A program made the translations under genes and the position numbers. 24,000 nt of DNA, from contig NZ_BAAANE010000003.1 in NCBI RefSeq assembly GCF_039529635.1, positions 130,137-154,136 of the forward strand. Direction: 5' to 3'. Of the stretch, positions 15,234 through 23,503 are shown one piece after another; within the stretch, counting starts at the first letter, position 1; each line of letters starts with the position of its first letter. The DNA is from Kribbella alba. Lineage in GTDB: Bacteria; Actinomycetota; Actinomycetes; Propionibacteriales; Kribbellaceae. Below the pieces are notes generated by a model. That model searched no databases. It saw only the letters and a list, made by a program, of their open reading frames with translations, and had not been told where the DNA came from.

Positions 15234-16459
15234 CTCACCTCTTCACGTACGTCGTACGAAACCAGCGGGGCGGAGCCGTCGGAGGCCCAGACACCTTCTA
15301 CCCGCGGCGATCCCGAGGAGATCCCCGAGATCGCGGCGGTCAGTCCACGGGTGACGAACACCTGCGGCCGGAAGCCGAACATCACCGTGTCGCCCACCGC
15401 CACGTCGTTTCTGCCACCCAGCGGGATCGGCGCGTAGTAGTCGATGGCCTCGGGCGCAGGCATGTCGACCGGCAGCACCGGCGCACTCGCGATCCCCTTG
15501 TCCAGCGCGTCCCGGGTGACGACGATCGCGGAGGTGCTCGAGCGGCCGAGGACGGGGTCGACGTACAGGCCGCCACCGAAGGTGTAGGCCTCGTCGTTCC
15601 AGAGGTGCGAGACCTCGCTGACATAGACGATCGCGGGTTCCTCGGCGAGGTCCTCGACGGCATGCCACGGGGTCGTTCCGGTCAGGCCGTGCCCCGGCTC
15701 CACCTGGGTGGCGCCGGCCTCAGCGAGCCGCTCGAGCATCGCGGTGGACGTCGTACCGGGGGCGTTCAGCTCCAGGTCGGTGCGACCCGCGGCTCGCAGT
15801 ACGGCAGCGGCGGCGCGAAGCGTCTCGAGGTTCTGCGTCGTCTTGACCGTGCGGTTCTCGGCGTCGAAGAGCGTGGCGGGGAAGGTGGTGATGCCCGCGA
15901 ACCGCGCGCCGTCGAGCGCATCGAGGCGATCCGCCAACGCCGCCACGTCGGCGGCGGGAAAGCCGCCCTCGTGCCCGCGGTAGTACCGGTCGTCCGGGCC
16001 GATCAGGCGCGCGAGCAGATCCTGGGTCCGTCCGAGGGCAGCGCTCGCCGCGGCCGCCTCAGAGGCCTTCTCGTCGTTGAACACAGTCCAGTACTGCGGT
16101 TCGAGCGCCGCGCCTGCGGCGGCTTGGTATCGGGGAATCTGAACCAGATGGCCTAGGTGGCCGGTGCGAAGACCACCGGATGCGGCGGCGACCGCGCACT
16201 CCAGGTCCACACCCACCGCATGGGTGATCCCCGACTCGACCAGCCTGCGCGACACGTCGGGATTTCGGCCGAGTTGCTTCACCATCGCGAAGGTCTTCAA
16301 CCCCAGGCGGTCCGCCTCGGTCCGGATCGTGGTTGCGTTCCGCCCGACCGCGTCCAGGTCGATCGCATAGCAGTTCGCCGGCAGCCGGCCACTGCGGTGC
16401 AGGCTCGCGGCAGCCTCGAGGAGGGCCGGATTACGGCGTCGTAGCAGGTCAAGGAACAT
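15230..16459 (-). CDS. YhfX-like PLP-dependent enzyme, paralogue 2 (409 aa)
   Basis: ATG 16459 is preceded by AAGGAAG and lies 15 nt after the permease stop. The product begins MFLDLLRRRNPALLEAAASLHRSGRLP, followed by AMVKQLGRNP, GHLGHLVQIPR, VEPGHGLT and SGISSGSPRVEG. The listed 640-aa ORF start at 17152 is an Arg/Pro-rich artefact that overlaps the permease gene. Confidence 0.7.
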   Translation of the reverse strand: MFLDLLRRRNPALLEAAASLHRSGRLPANCYAIDLDAVGRNATTIRTEADRLGLKTFAMVKQLGRNPDVSRRLVESGITHAVGVDLECAVAAASGGLRTGHLGHLVQIPRYQAAAGAALEPQYWTVFNDEKASEAAAASAALGRTQDLLARLIGPDDRYYRGHEGGFPAADVAALADRLDALDGARFAGITTFPATLFDAENRTVKTTQNLETLRAAAAVLRAAGRTDLELNAPGTTSTAMLERLAEAGATQVEPGHGLTGTTPWHAVEDLAEEPAIVYVSEVSHLWNDEAYTFGGGLYVDPVLGRSSTSAIVVTRDALDKGIASAPVLPVDMPAPEAIDYYAPIPLGGRNDVAVGDTVMFGFRPQVFVTRGLTAAISGISSGSPRVEGVWASDGSAPLVSYDVREEVR

Positions 16460-16473
16460 TGTCAGGTCTTCCT

Positions 16474-17445
16474 TTACTGGCTCTTCTTGCCGCGGAGCGA
16501 GAACGACACCGCGATGAGGATGATGATGGCGCGCGCGATCATCTGCTGGGACACGGTTAGACCGGCCAGGACCAGGCCGTTGTTCAGCATGCTCATCAGC
16601 AGACTGCCGATCAGGGCACCGACGACCGACCCCTTGCCGCCGAACAGGCTGGTCCCGCCGACGATCGCGGCGGCGATCACGGTCATCAGGTCGGCCTCGC
16701 CCAGCGTGTACCGGGCGCCCTGAAGGCGGCCCGCGTAGAGCAGACCCGCCAGGGCGGCCGTCATGGCACTGCCGACCAGCACCATCAACCGGACCCGGTT
16801 CACCTTGATACCGCTCACCCGGGCGGCGGACGAGTTGTTGCCCACCGCAAGGACATGCGCGCCGTACCGCCGCTGGCGCAGGAACATCCACCCGACCGCG
16901 ATCGCGACGGCGGTCCACCAGATGAGGATCGGGATGCCCAGCACGCTGCCACCCCCGAAGAGCGACACGAAGGTGGCGTTGGTCACCGGAACCGATTGCA
17001 GGTCCGTGAGCTGCCTGGCCAGACCTGCCACCAGCCCCATCGTCGCCAGCGTGACGAGGAAGGACGGCAGCCGGACCATGGTGACGAAGAGGCCGTTGAG
17101 GAGGCCGACCAAGGCGCCGACGAGGAGGCCGGCGGCCGCGGCGAGCAACCACTGGTCGGTGCTCCGCAACGTCACGGCCGTGACCAGTGCGGAGAGGGCA
17201 ACGACCGATCCGATCGACAGGTCGATCTCACCGGCGCTCAGGACGAACACCATCCCGACGGCCATCACGGTCACCGGCGCCGCCTGGATCACGATGTTCG
17301 CGAGGTTGGTGCCGGTCAGGAAGTACTGCGTCTGGGTGATCGCGAAGTACAGGAACACCAGCACGAAGCCGACGTACACGACATAGTTCTGCAGTCCCAG
17401 CCGGCGCCACCAAGGCGCCTGCATCAGTTCGGCCGAGGTCGTCAT
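16474..17445 (-). CDS. ABC transporter permease (ribose/xylose-type, BPD_transp_2 family)
   Basis: 323 aa with about 9-10 hydrophobic segments. The pattern SAGEIDLSIGS...TLATM... is typical of RbsC-like permeases. ATGA overlap with the upstream binding-protein gene. Confidence 0.85.
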   Translation of the reverse strand: MTTSAELMQAPWWRRLGLQNYVVYVGFVLVFLYFAITQTQYFLTGTNLANIVIQAAPVTVMAVGMVFVLSAGEIDLSIGSVVALSALVTAVTLRSTDQWLLAAAAGLLVGALVGLLNGLFVTMVRLPSFLVTLATMGLVAGLARQLTDLQSVPVTNATFVSLFGGGSVLGIPILIWWTAVAIAVGWMFLRQRRYGAHVLAVGNNSSAARVSGIKVNRVRLMVLVGSAMTAALAGLLYAGRLQGARYTLGEADLMTVIAAAIVGGTSLFGGKGSVVGALIGSLLMSMLNNGLVLAGLTVSQQMIARAIIILIAVSFSLRGKKSQ

Positions 17446-18632
17446 CGCCCGGCTCCGCCCGCTGCGGCGATGTCAGTCGGAAGGGACACTCCGAAGGTCG
17501 ACTCCCAGCCCTTGGCCAGGTTGTCCTTGGTGACCGGGAAAGCGGGAACGATCACCATCGGCGGGGCCTTCTTGCCCAGCAGACCGTACGCCCCGGCGAC
17601 CGCGAGCGAGTTGCCGAACTCGACGGCCAGTGTGGACGTCATTTCCTTGATCATGCCCCCCTTGGCCATCTCGAGGGCATTGGTGTTGCCGAGGTCGATC
17701 GTGTAGACGCCGACGTCAGTCCGCCCGGCGTTCCGCAGCGCCGCCACGACCCCCTCGGCCGCGGTGTCCCAGGGAGCGAAGATCGCTTTGATGTCCGGAT
17801 GCCTGGCGATCATCGCCGCGGCCACGTCCTCGACCTTGGCCGGATCGGCCATCGGGACCCGATCCACCACCTCGATGCCGGGATACTTCGACTTCAGGGT
17901 CTGCTCGAACGCCTTCTCCCGCTGGTTGGTCACGTAGAAGTTGGCGTCATAGTAGATCTGGCCGATCTTGCCCTTGCCGCCGAGACCGTTGCCGACGGCA
18001 TCGGCCGTCGCGTTGCCCAGGCCGCTCAGGTCGTACGTCACCAGGCTGACGTACTCCTTGCCTGCCTTGTAGTTCTGCGGCTTCACGCTGGCGAAGACCA
18101 GCTTGACACCCTGGTCGACCGCAGGCTTGAAGGTGGCCACGTCGGCTACCGGGTCGATGGCGATCGTGATGATGACGTCCGGCTTCAGCGCGAGGACGCT
18201 GCGGACGTTGTTGGCCAGCGTGGTCTGGTCGAAGTTGGCCGCGGTCGTCGAGACGATCTTGATGCCCAGCGCCTTGTACGTCTGCTCCACCCCCTTGCCG
18301 AGGGCGTTCATGAACGGGGAGGCCTCCTGCCACACGATCGCGGCGCGGTAGTTGCCCGCCTTGACCCGCTGGACCTCGGCAGAGGTCAGATTCAGCTGCG
18401 TGTACCAAACTGGCTTCTCCCCGTCGGGACCGCGAGTGTCCGTGCTGGCCGGCAGCGCCACCGGCGAGACGTAGCGGGACAGACCTCCCGGGTCCGGGGT
18501 GACGACGTTGGCGATGGGAGTGCCGCCGGCTCCGGCCGCCGTGGCACTGTCGTCGGTCGCGTTGACCGAGCAGGCGCCTAGCAGCAAACTCGCGGTGATT
18601 GCGGCGACCACCGTGATTCGCGTTCTGGTCAT
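17442..18632 (-). CDS. Sugar-type (periplasmic binding protein type I) ABC substrate-binding lipoprotein, copy B
   Basis: Signal peptide with lipobox LLLGAC and AAGGAG before ATG 18632. It is clearly a paralogue of the adjacent gene (GEKP...VKAGNYRAA, GVKLVFA, YDA.F.VTN, KYP.I..V, HPD, AL.NAG, LGKKAP). Confidence 0.8.
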   Translation of the reverse strand: MTRTRITVVAAITASLLLGACSVNATDDSATAAGAGGTPIANVVTPDPGGLSRYVSPVALPASTDTRGPDGEKPVWYTQLNLTSAEVQRVKAGNYRAAIVWQEASPFMNALGKGVEQTYKALGIKIVSTTAANFDQTTLANNVRSVLALKPDVIITIAIDPVADVATFKPAVDQGVKLVFASVKPQNYKAGKEYVSLVTYDLSGLGNATADAVGNGLGGKGKIGQIYYDANFYVTNQREKAFEQTLKSKYPGIEVVDRVPMADPAKVEDVAAAMIARHPDIKAIFAPWDTAAEGVVAALRNAGRTDVGVYTIDLGNTNALEMAKGGMIKEMTSTLAVEFGNSLAVAGAYGLLGKKAPPMVIVPAFPVTKDNLAKGWESTFGVSLPTDIAAAGGAGR

Positions 18633-18717
18633 TCAGAGACTCCTTGTTGTGCTGGCTGGGAGCCAGACGATCCGATCAGGGGAGTGGGCATCCGGCTGGG
18701 GGACCGGCGCCACGGTG

Positions 18718-19875
18718 TCAGCCGAGCGCCTCCTTCACGGCCTTGGGCAACTGCTGGTCCCACGCGGAGTACCCCTCGGTGAGAGTGCTCTTCGTGACCG
18801 TCACCGCTTCGACGATGCCGAACTCGGGCGCCTTCTTGCCGAGGATGGCCAGGGCTGCCGACACTGCCATCGCCCTGCCGAAGTCGTACGCCCGGTCACA
18901 GGCGAGCGCGACCGTCACGCCACCACTGGCCATGTTCGTGGCCATGGTGTCGTCCAGGTCGAGGGTGACCAGTTTGGTCCGTGTGTTCCCGGCGTTGTTC
19001 AGCGCCGCCAGGACCCCCTGAGCAGGCTGCGCCCAGCTCGTGTAGATGCCGCCGAGGTCGGGATGCTGGGCGATCATCGCGTTCGCGATGTCCTCGGCCT
19101 TGTTGGGGTCGGAGAAGCCCTGCTGGGCAACGATCTTGATGTTCGGGTACTTCTGCTGCAACGTCTTCTTGAACGCGGAGTCGCGCAGGTTGGTGACGTG
19201 GAACTGTGCGTCGTAGAACAGAATCCCGACGTTGCCCTCGCCGCCCATGGCCTCGCCCAGTGCCTCGGCGGCGCGACGTCCCAGCTGGAAGAGGTCGCCG
19301 GTGACGATTGCTTGGTACTGCTGCGGGTAGGTGAACCCGATCGGCGCCTGGTCGGCGAAGACGAGTTTCACGCCCTTGACGACGGCCGGCCGGTAGGCGG
19401 CGGCGCCTGTGGTCGGATCGACGGCCTGCCCGAGGATGACGTCGGGGTTGGTGGCCAACGCGTTCTGGATCTGGTTCGCCTGGGTCGCGGGGTCGAACTT
19501 CGCGTCGGCGGTGGCGACCACCCGGATCCCCAGGTTCTTGAACTGGTCCAGCGCGCCGCGCTGGACGGCGCTCGACCAGGCCGACATCTCGTGCCACAGC
19601 AGCGCGGCCCGATAGTTGCCGGCCTTGACCTTCGCGGCGTCGGCGGGACTCAGGGCGAGGTCGGTGACTCGCGTCGGTTTCTCGCCGTGCGGGCCCACCG
19701 TGTCGGTCGCGGCCATGTCGATCACCGTGTGGGAACCGACCGCTCCTTGAGCCTGCTTCCCGCCGCCATTGCAGGCGGCGAGCAGCAGGCAGAGCACGAT
19801 CGCCGGTGCGACGACCAGCTTGTTGACCTTCATACTCGTTCCCTTCGCGACAGTCCGGAGGCGGTGCCGGGTCAT
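18718..19875 (-). CDS. Sugar-type ABC substrate-binding lipoprotein, copy A
   Basis: Lipobox LLLAAC. Start is either ATG 19875 (ATGA overlap with the M20 stop) or ATG 19833 (MKVNKL..., preceded by GAAGGGA). Confidence 0.8.
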   Translation of the reverse strand: MTRHRLRTVAKGTSMKVNKLVVAPAIVLCLLLAACNGGGKQAQGAVGSHTVIDMAATDTVGPHGEKPTRVTDLALSPADAAKVKAGNYRAALLWHEMSAWSSAVQRGALDQFKNLGIRVVATADAKFDPATQANQIQNALATNPDVILGQAVDPTTGAAAYRPAVVKGVKLVFADQAPIGFTYPQQYQAIVTGDLFQLGRRAAEALGEAMGGEGNVGILFYDAQFHVTNLRDSAFKKTLQQKYPNIKIVAQQGFSDPNKAEDIANAMIAQHPDLGGIYTSWAQPAQGVLAALNNAGNTRTKLVTLDLDDTMATNMASGGVTVALACDRAYDFGRAMAVSAALAILGKKAPEFGIVEAVTVTKSTLTEGYSAWDQQLPKAVKEALG

Positions 19876-21158
19876 CGTCCGGTCCCGTCGTCGAGGTCGC
19901 GGACACCGCAGTGCTCCGCGATGAACCGGACATAGACGGCCACGGCCGCGAGGTACTCGTCGACCGGCACGTGCTCGTCGAAGGTGTGGCAGTGACTGAT
20001 GTCGCCCGGCGCGAGGTAGACCGTCGGAATCCCCAGGTCTCGCTCGAAGAAGGGGCCTTCCGACCAGTACGGCCCGGCCGCGATGTCACCGCGGTCCGGC
20101 AGGAACTCCTTCACCGTGGCCTGCAGGTGGGCCACGACGTCGAGCTTCGGGTCAGTGACGAGGGCGGATCCGCCGACCGCGTGATCGCGAGTGGCCGGAT
20201 ACGACGTACCGACCTCGATGCGCTCGTCGGTGACCGCGCCGCGGATCACGTCCTCGAGCTCCGCGCGCGCGGCGTCCAGGTCCTCGTCGGGCGTGAGTTT
20301 GCGGATCAGGCTGATCCGGCATTCCCCTGGTACGGCGATGTAGCCACCGCCGGACATCCCGGTGACAAGCAGCGAGGGTGCTCCGATCAGGGGATCGGCC
20401 GGCCGGGTCGACAGGTCGTCGCCGTACGCCCACAGGGCGCGGAGCACCTCGTCCGCGGGACGGAGGGCGTCGACGCCGAGCTCCGGCGTACCGAAGTACG
20501 CGGCCTTGCCAGTCAGGGTCACGTCGGTGATGAAGAACCCCATGTGCGACGTGAAGACCTGCATGGTGGTCGGCTCGCCGTAGATGACCAGGTCCGCCGA
20601 GATCTCCTGGTCCCCGTCCCGTGCGACGGCGATGGCGCGGCGGACGCCATCGCTGGTCCCGCTGCCCTCCTCGCCGCTCTCCTCGTCGGCGAGGAACAAC
20701 GCGGTGACCGGCGCGACCGGTGCGAGTCCGGCCCGGTGGAGCTGCTGGAGTGCCGCGATGGCGACCGCAACCCCCGCCTTGCAGTCGGCCGTGCCGCGAC
20801 CCCAGACGGCGCCGTCGATCACCGGCGCGGCGAACGGGCTCTCCCGCTCGGTGCCGGCCCAGTGCTCCTCCCAACCACGGACATGCACCGTGTCCAGGTG
20901 CGAGGCGAGCACCAGACCGCGGCGGTTGGTCGGGTCGCCCACCGACCAGCGAGCCCAGGTGTTCGCCCGTCCGGGCGCGAAGCTGTCGACGTGCACCTCG
21001 GTCGTGACCCGGCGAAGCTGCTCCGCCGCCCAGTGGGCGACGGCCTCCTCCTCACCAGTGACGCTCGGCACCGACACCGCGCCGCGCAGTACGTCGATCG
21101 CGCTTCCGTCGTCCGCTGCTGCGGCGAGGCGAGCGGCGACATCGTCGCTGATGGTCAT
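19872..21158 (-). CDS. M20 family metallohydrolase (ArgE/DapE/ACY1/CPG2-type deacylase or peptidase)
   Basis: Motifs: LASHLDTV, GRGTADCKAG and FLADEESGEEGSG (catalytic/metal-binding Glu pair). CAGGAG ribosome-binding site before ATG 21158. Confidence 0.8.
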   Translation of the reverse strand: MTISDDVAARLAAAADDGSAIDVLRGAVSVPSVTGEEEAVAHWAAEQLRRVTTEVHVDSFAPGRANTWARWSVGDPTNRRGLVLASHLDTVHVRGWEEHWAGTERESPFAAPVIDGAVWGRGTADCKAGVAVAIAALQQLHRAGLAPVAPVTALFLADEESGEEGSGTSDGVRRAIAVARDGDQEISADLVIYGEPTTMQVFTSHMGFFITDVTLTGKAAYFGTPELGVDALRPADEVLRALWAYGDDLSTRPADPLIGAPSLLVTGMSGGGYIAVPGECRISLIRKLTPDEDLDAARAELEDVIRGAVTDERIEVGTSYPATRDHAVGGSALVTDPKLDVVAHLQATVKEFLPDRGDIAAGPYWSEGPFFERDLGIPTVYLAPGDISHCHTFDEHVPVDEYLAAVAVYVRFIAEHCGVRDLDDGTGR

Positions 21159-21190
21159 GTTGGCTCCTGAAGATTTGCGTGGTCGATGGG

Positions 21191-22150
21191 TCAGTGAGCG
21201 GGGATGACTTCCGCGACGCCGGCCGGGAGTCCTAACTCGTGGAGTGCGAGTGCGACGGCGCCGTGGAGTGAGGCGTCCTGGGTGAACCGCGCCGGCTCGA
21301 GCTCCGGAGGGAAGGGCACGGCCCGGGTGAGGCGGGCGCCGATCACCGGCAGGATGGTGTCGGCGGAGGCCATCAGCCCACCCCCGATCACGACCCGTTC
21401 TGGATCCAGCAGGATCGCGACGTTGGCAATCGCGGTACCGAGGGCATCGAGGGCCTCGCCGACCAGTCGCCTGGCCGGCTCGTCCGTGCGGGCGAAGAGT
21501 TCGGCGGTGGTCACCGGCGCACCGAGGGCAGTAGAGGCTCGCTCTCCGAGTGCCTTGCCGCCGACGATCTCTTCCAGCGGAGCGCGCCCGGCTGCGATGT
21601 CCGCAGGGAGGCTGGGCTCGACCGCGAAGTACCCGATCTCTCCAGCAGCCTGGTGTGCCCCGGCGATGACCCCGCCGGCGGTCGTCACGGCGGCCGCGAC
21701 ACCGGTGCCCAGACTGACATACAGCCCGGGATCGACCCCCTGCAAGGCACCGAATCGCAGCTCGGCGAAGGCGCCCGCCCGGACGTCGTTCGCGACCGGC
21801 ACGAACGGTACGCCGAGGCCGTCCTCGAGGCGCCCGGCCAGTGCCAGGCGTTCCCAGCCCGGCAGGTTCGGCGCCAATAGGATTCCATCCGGTCGGATGA
21901 CACCGGGGCAGACGGCCGCGTGCCCGGCCACCGGTACGCCGTACCGACGGTCCGAAAGTTCCGTGAGCAGCTTTACGGCCGACAACACGCGCTCGATCGC
22001 TTGGTCGGGACCGGCCTCTGCGCGCGTCTGGAGCCGGGTCCGGTCAAGGATCCGCCCGGCATCGTCGGCCAGCGCCACGTCGATCTTCGTACCGCCGACA
22101 TCGATCGCGACGACGTGCCGCGGCTGGTCAAGCGGAGGCGTCTGGGTCAT
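21191..22150 (-). CDS. ROK family sugar kinase
   Basis: N-terminal VVAIDVGGTKIDVAL ATP-binding motif, 319 aa, no N-terminal HTH. The start codon abuts the palindromic operator and has no Shine-Dalgarno. Confidence 0.8.
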   Translation of the reverse strand: MTQTPPLDQPRHVVAIDVGGTKIDVALADDAGRILDRTRLQTRAEAGPDQAIERVLSAVKLLTELSDRRYGVPVAGHAAVCPGVIRPDGILLAPNLPGWERLALAGRLEDGLGVPFVPVANDVRAGAFAELRFGALQGVDPGLYVSLGTGVAAAVTTAGGVIAGAHQAAGEIGYFAVEPSLPADIAAGRAPLEEIVGGKALGERASTALGAPVTTAELFARTDEPARRLVGEALDALGTAIANVAILLDPERVVIGGGLMASADTILPVIGARLTRAVPFPPELEPARFTQDASLHGAVALALHELGLPAGVAEVIPAH

Positions 22151-22151
22151 A

Positions 22152-22180
22152 ATTAGGAGTCTTTAATAAAGAGTCCTAAT
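22152..22180. promoter_or_regulatory. 29-bp AT-rich near-perfect palindrome, candidate ROK-repressor operator
   Basis: ATTAGGAGTCTTTA-A-TAAAGAGTCCTAAT. The arms match at 13 of 14 positions (mismatch at 22159/22173). It starts 2 nt from the ROK kinase ATG. Confidence 0.55.
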
Positions 22181-22187
22181 GTGTCAA
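22160..22187 (-). promoter_or_regulatory. Candidate promoter of the minus-strand operon (near-leaderless transcript)
   Basis: On the minus strand: a perfect TTGACA (22187-22182), a 16-nt spacer, then TAAAGA (22165-22160), ending 9 nt before the ATG. The -10 element is imperfect because it lacks the final T. Confidence 0.3.
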
Positions 22188-22267
22188 CTCCCTTCCTCCC
22201 GGCGGGGGGATGCTCGATCATGGACCGGCAGCGCCAGCCGCCGACAACGACGACCCCGAGGTGACCG

Positions 22268-23503
22268 ATGTCCCCGACCGAGCGGCCACCGTCAAGGCTG
22301 ACCGCGGCCGTTGCGCCGTCACTGCTCCGAGAGATGAACCAGCGCCTGCTCCTGGACCTGCTGTTCAGCTCCGGCCCGGCGACCCGGCCACAGCTCGCGC
22401 GCGACGCCGGACTCTCACAACCGACCGTATTCGCCGCTCTATCGGGTCTCGAGAAGGCTGGGCTCGTGCGCCCCGCCGGACGGCCCGAGGTCAGCTCCGG
22501 GCGTCCCGCGGTGCTCTACGAGGCAGACCCCTCGGCGGGCTCGGTGGTCGGCGTCGACATCGGCCGGAACTGGCTGCACCTCGTCCTCGCGGACCTGGCC
22601 GGCGACGAAGTCGCACGTCTCGATGTCCGCAACACCGCTCGGACTTCGCGCTCGTTGGTGGACCAGGTCAGCGTGGCCGTCCAGCAGCTCACCGCACGGG
22701 CCGGCCTGACCGCTGAGGCTGTCACCCACACCGTCGTCGGGTCGCCAGGCGTACTCGATCCGCACCGGGGGAGGGTCAGGTACGCGGGCAACCTGCCGGG
22801 CTGGCAGCGCGCCGGCCTTGCCGAGGCACTTGCCGACAAGCTGGGCATGAGTCTGACCATCGACAACGACGCCAACCTCGCCGCCTTGGGCGAGTACACC
22901 TTCGGTGCCGCACGGAAGGCGCGGCAGTTCGCCTACCTGCACATCGGTACCGGTGTAGGGCTGGGTTTGGTCATCGACGGTGAGCTCTACCGGGGTTTCA
23001 ACGGATCGGCCGGTGAGGTCGGCTACCTGCCGATCCTGGGCGAACCGCCCTCGGGCGAACCGCAGTGGCCCCAGCGGGGAATGCTCGAGATGGCGCTCGC
23101 AGCCGATGCTGTCGTCCGGTATGCCACCGAGGCGGGGATGGCCGACAACCTCACGGCGGAGGACGTCTTCCTTGCCGCTGGCAACGGCGATCCCGCGGCG
23201 CGGCAGGCTGTCGTCACAGAGGCCCGGGTCCTGGCTCGCCTGGTCACGGGTATCTGTGCCTTCTTCGACCCGGAGTTGGTGGTGGTCGGTGGCGGTGTCG
23301 GTCAGAATCTCGCTCAGCTCGAGCACCCGATGCGGGAGGAGATGGCCCGCTTCACGCCGATGCGACCGCAGATGGCAGCCGGGGACCTCGGCGCCGACGC
23401 GGTCGTCCGTGGGGCGATCGCGACGGGCATCCATATCGCCCGCGAGATCGTCTTCACCTCGCAGCTGGCCGGTACGGCCGCTGGCGGCGACGAGGCAGGA
23501 TGA
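22268..23503 (+). CDS. ROK family transcriptional regulator (N-terminal wHTH plus ROK sugar-binding domain)
   Basis: LLREMNQRLLLDLLFSSGPATRPQLARDAGLSQPTVFAALSGLEKAGLV is followed by VVGVDIGRNWLHLVLADL and the rest of the ROK fold. GAGGTGA ribosome-binding site before ATG 22268. Confidence 0.85.
   Translation: MSPTERPPSRLTAAVAPSLLREMNQRLLLDLLFSSGPATRPQLARDAGLSQPTVFAALSGLEKAGLVRPAGRPEVSSGRPAVLYEADPSAGSVVGVDIGRNWLHLVLADLAGDEVARLDVRNTARTSRSLVDQVSVAVQQLTARAGLTAEAVTHTVVGSPGVLDPHRGRVRYAGNLPGWQRAGLAEALADKLGMSLTIDNDANLAALGEYTFGAARKARQFAYLHIGTGVGLGLVIDGELYRGFNGSAGEVGYLPILGEPPSGEPQWPQRGMLEMALAADAVVRYATEAGMADNLTAEDVFLAAGNGDPAARQAVVTEARVLARLVTGICAFFDPELVVVGGGVGQNLAQLEHPMREEMARFTPMRPQMAAGDLGADAVVRGAIATGIHIAREIVFTSQLAGTAAGGDEAG

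Noticed and set aside
16460-17152. N-terminal 231-aa extension of the listed 640-aa ORF (15230-17152, minus strand)
   Set aside because: The extension is extremely Arg/Pro/Gly/Asp-rich and overlaps the permease gene out of frame. A ribosome-binding site plus ATG at 16459 gives a product collinear with the other YhfX-like paralogue from residue 1.
18652-18666. Small hairpin CTGGCT-ggg-AGCCAG in the spacer between the two binding-protein genes
   Set aside because: The stem is 6 bp with a 3-nt loop, which is weak and expected by chance at this GC content.
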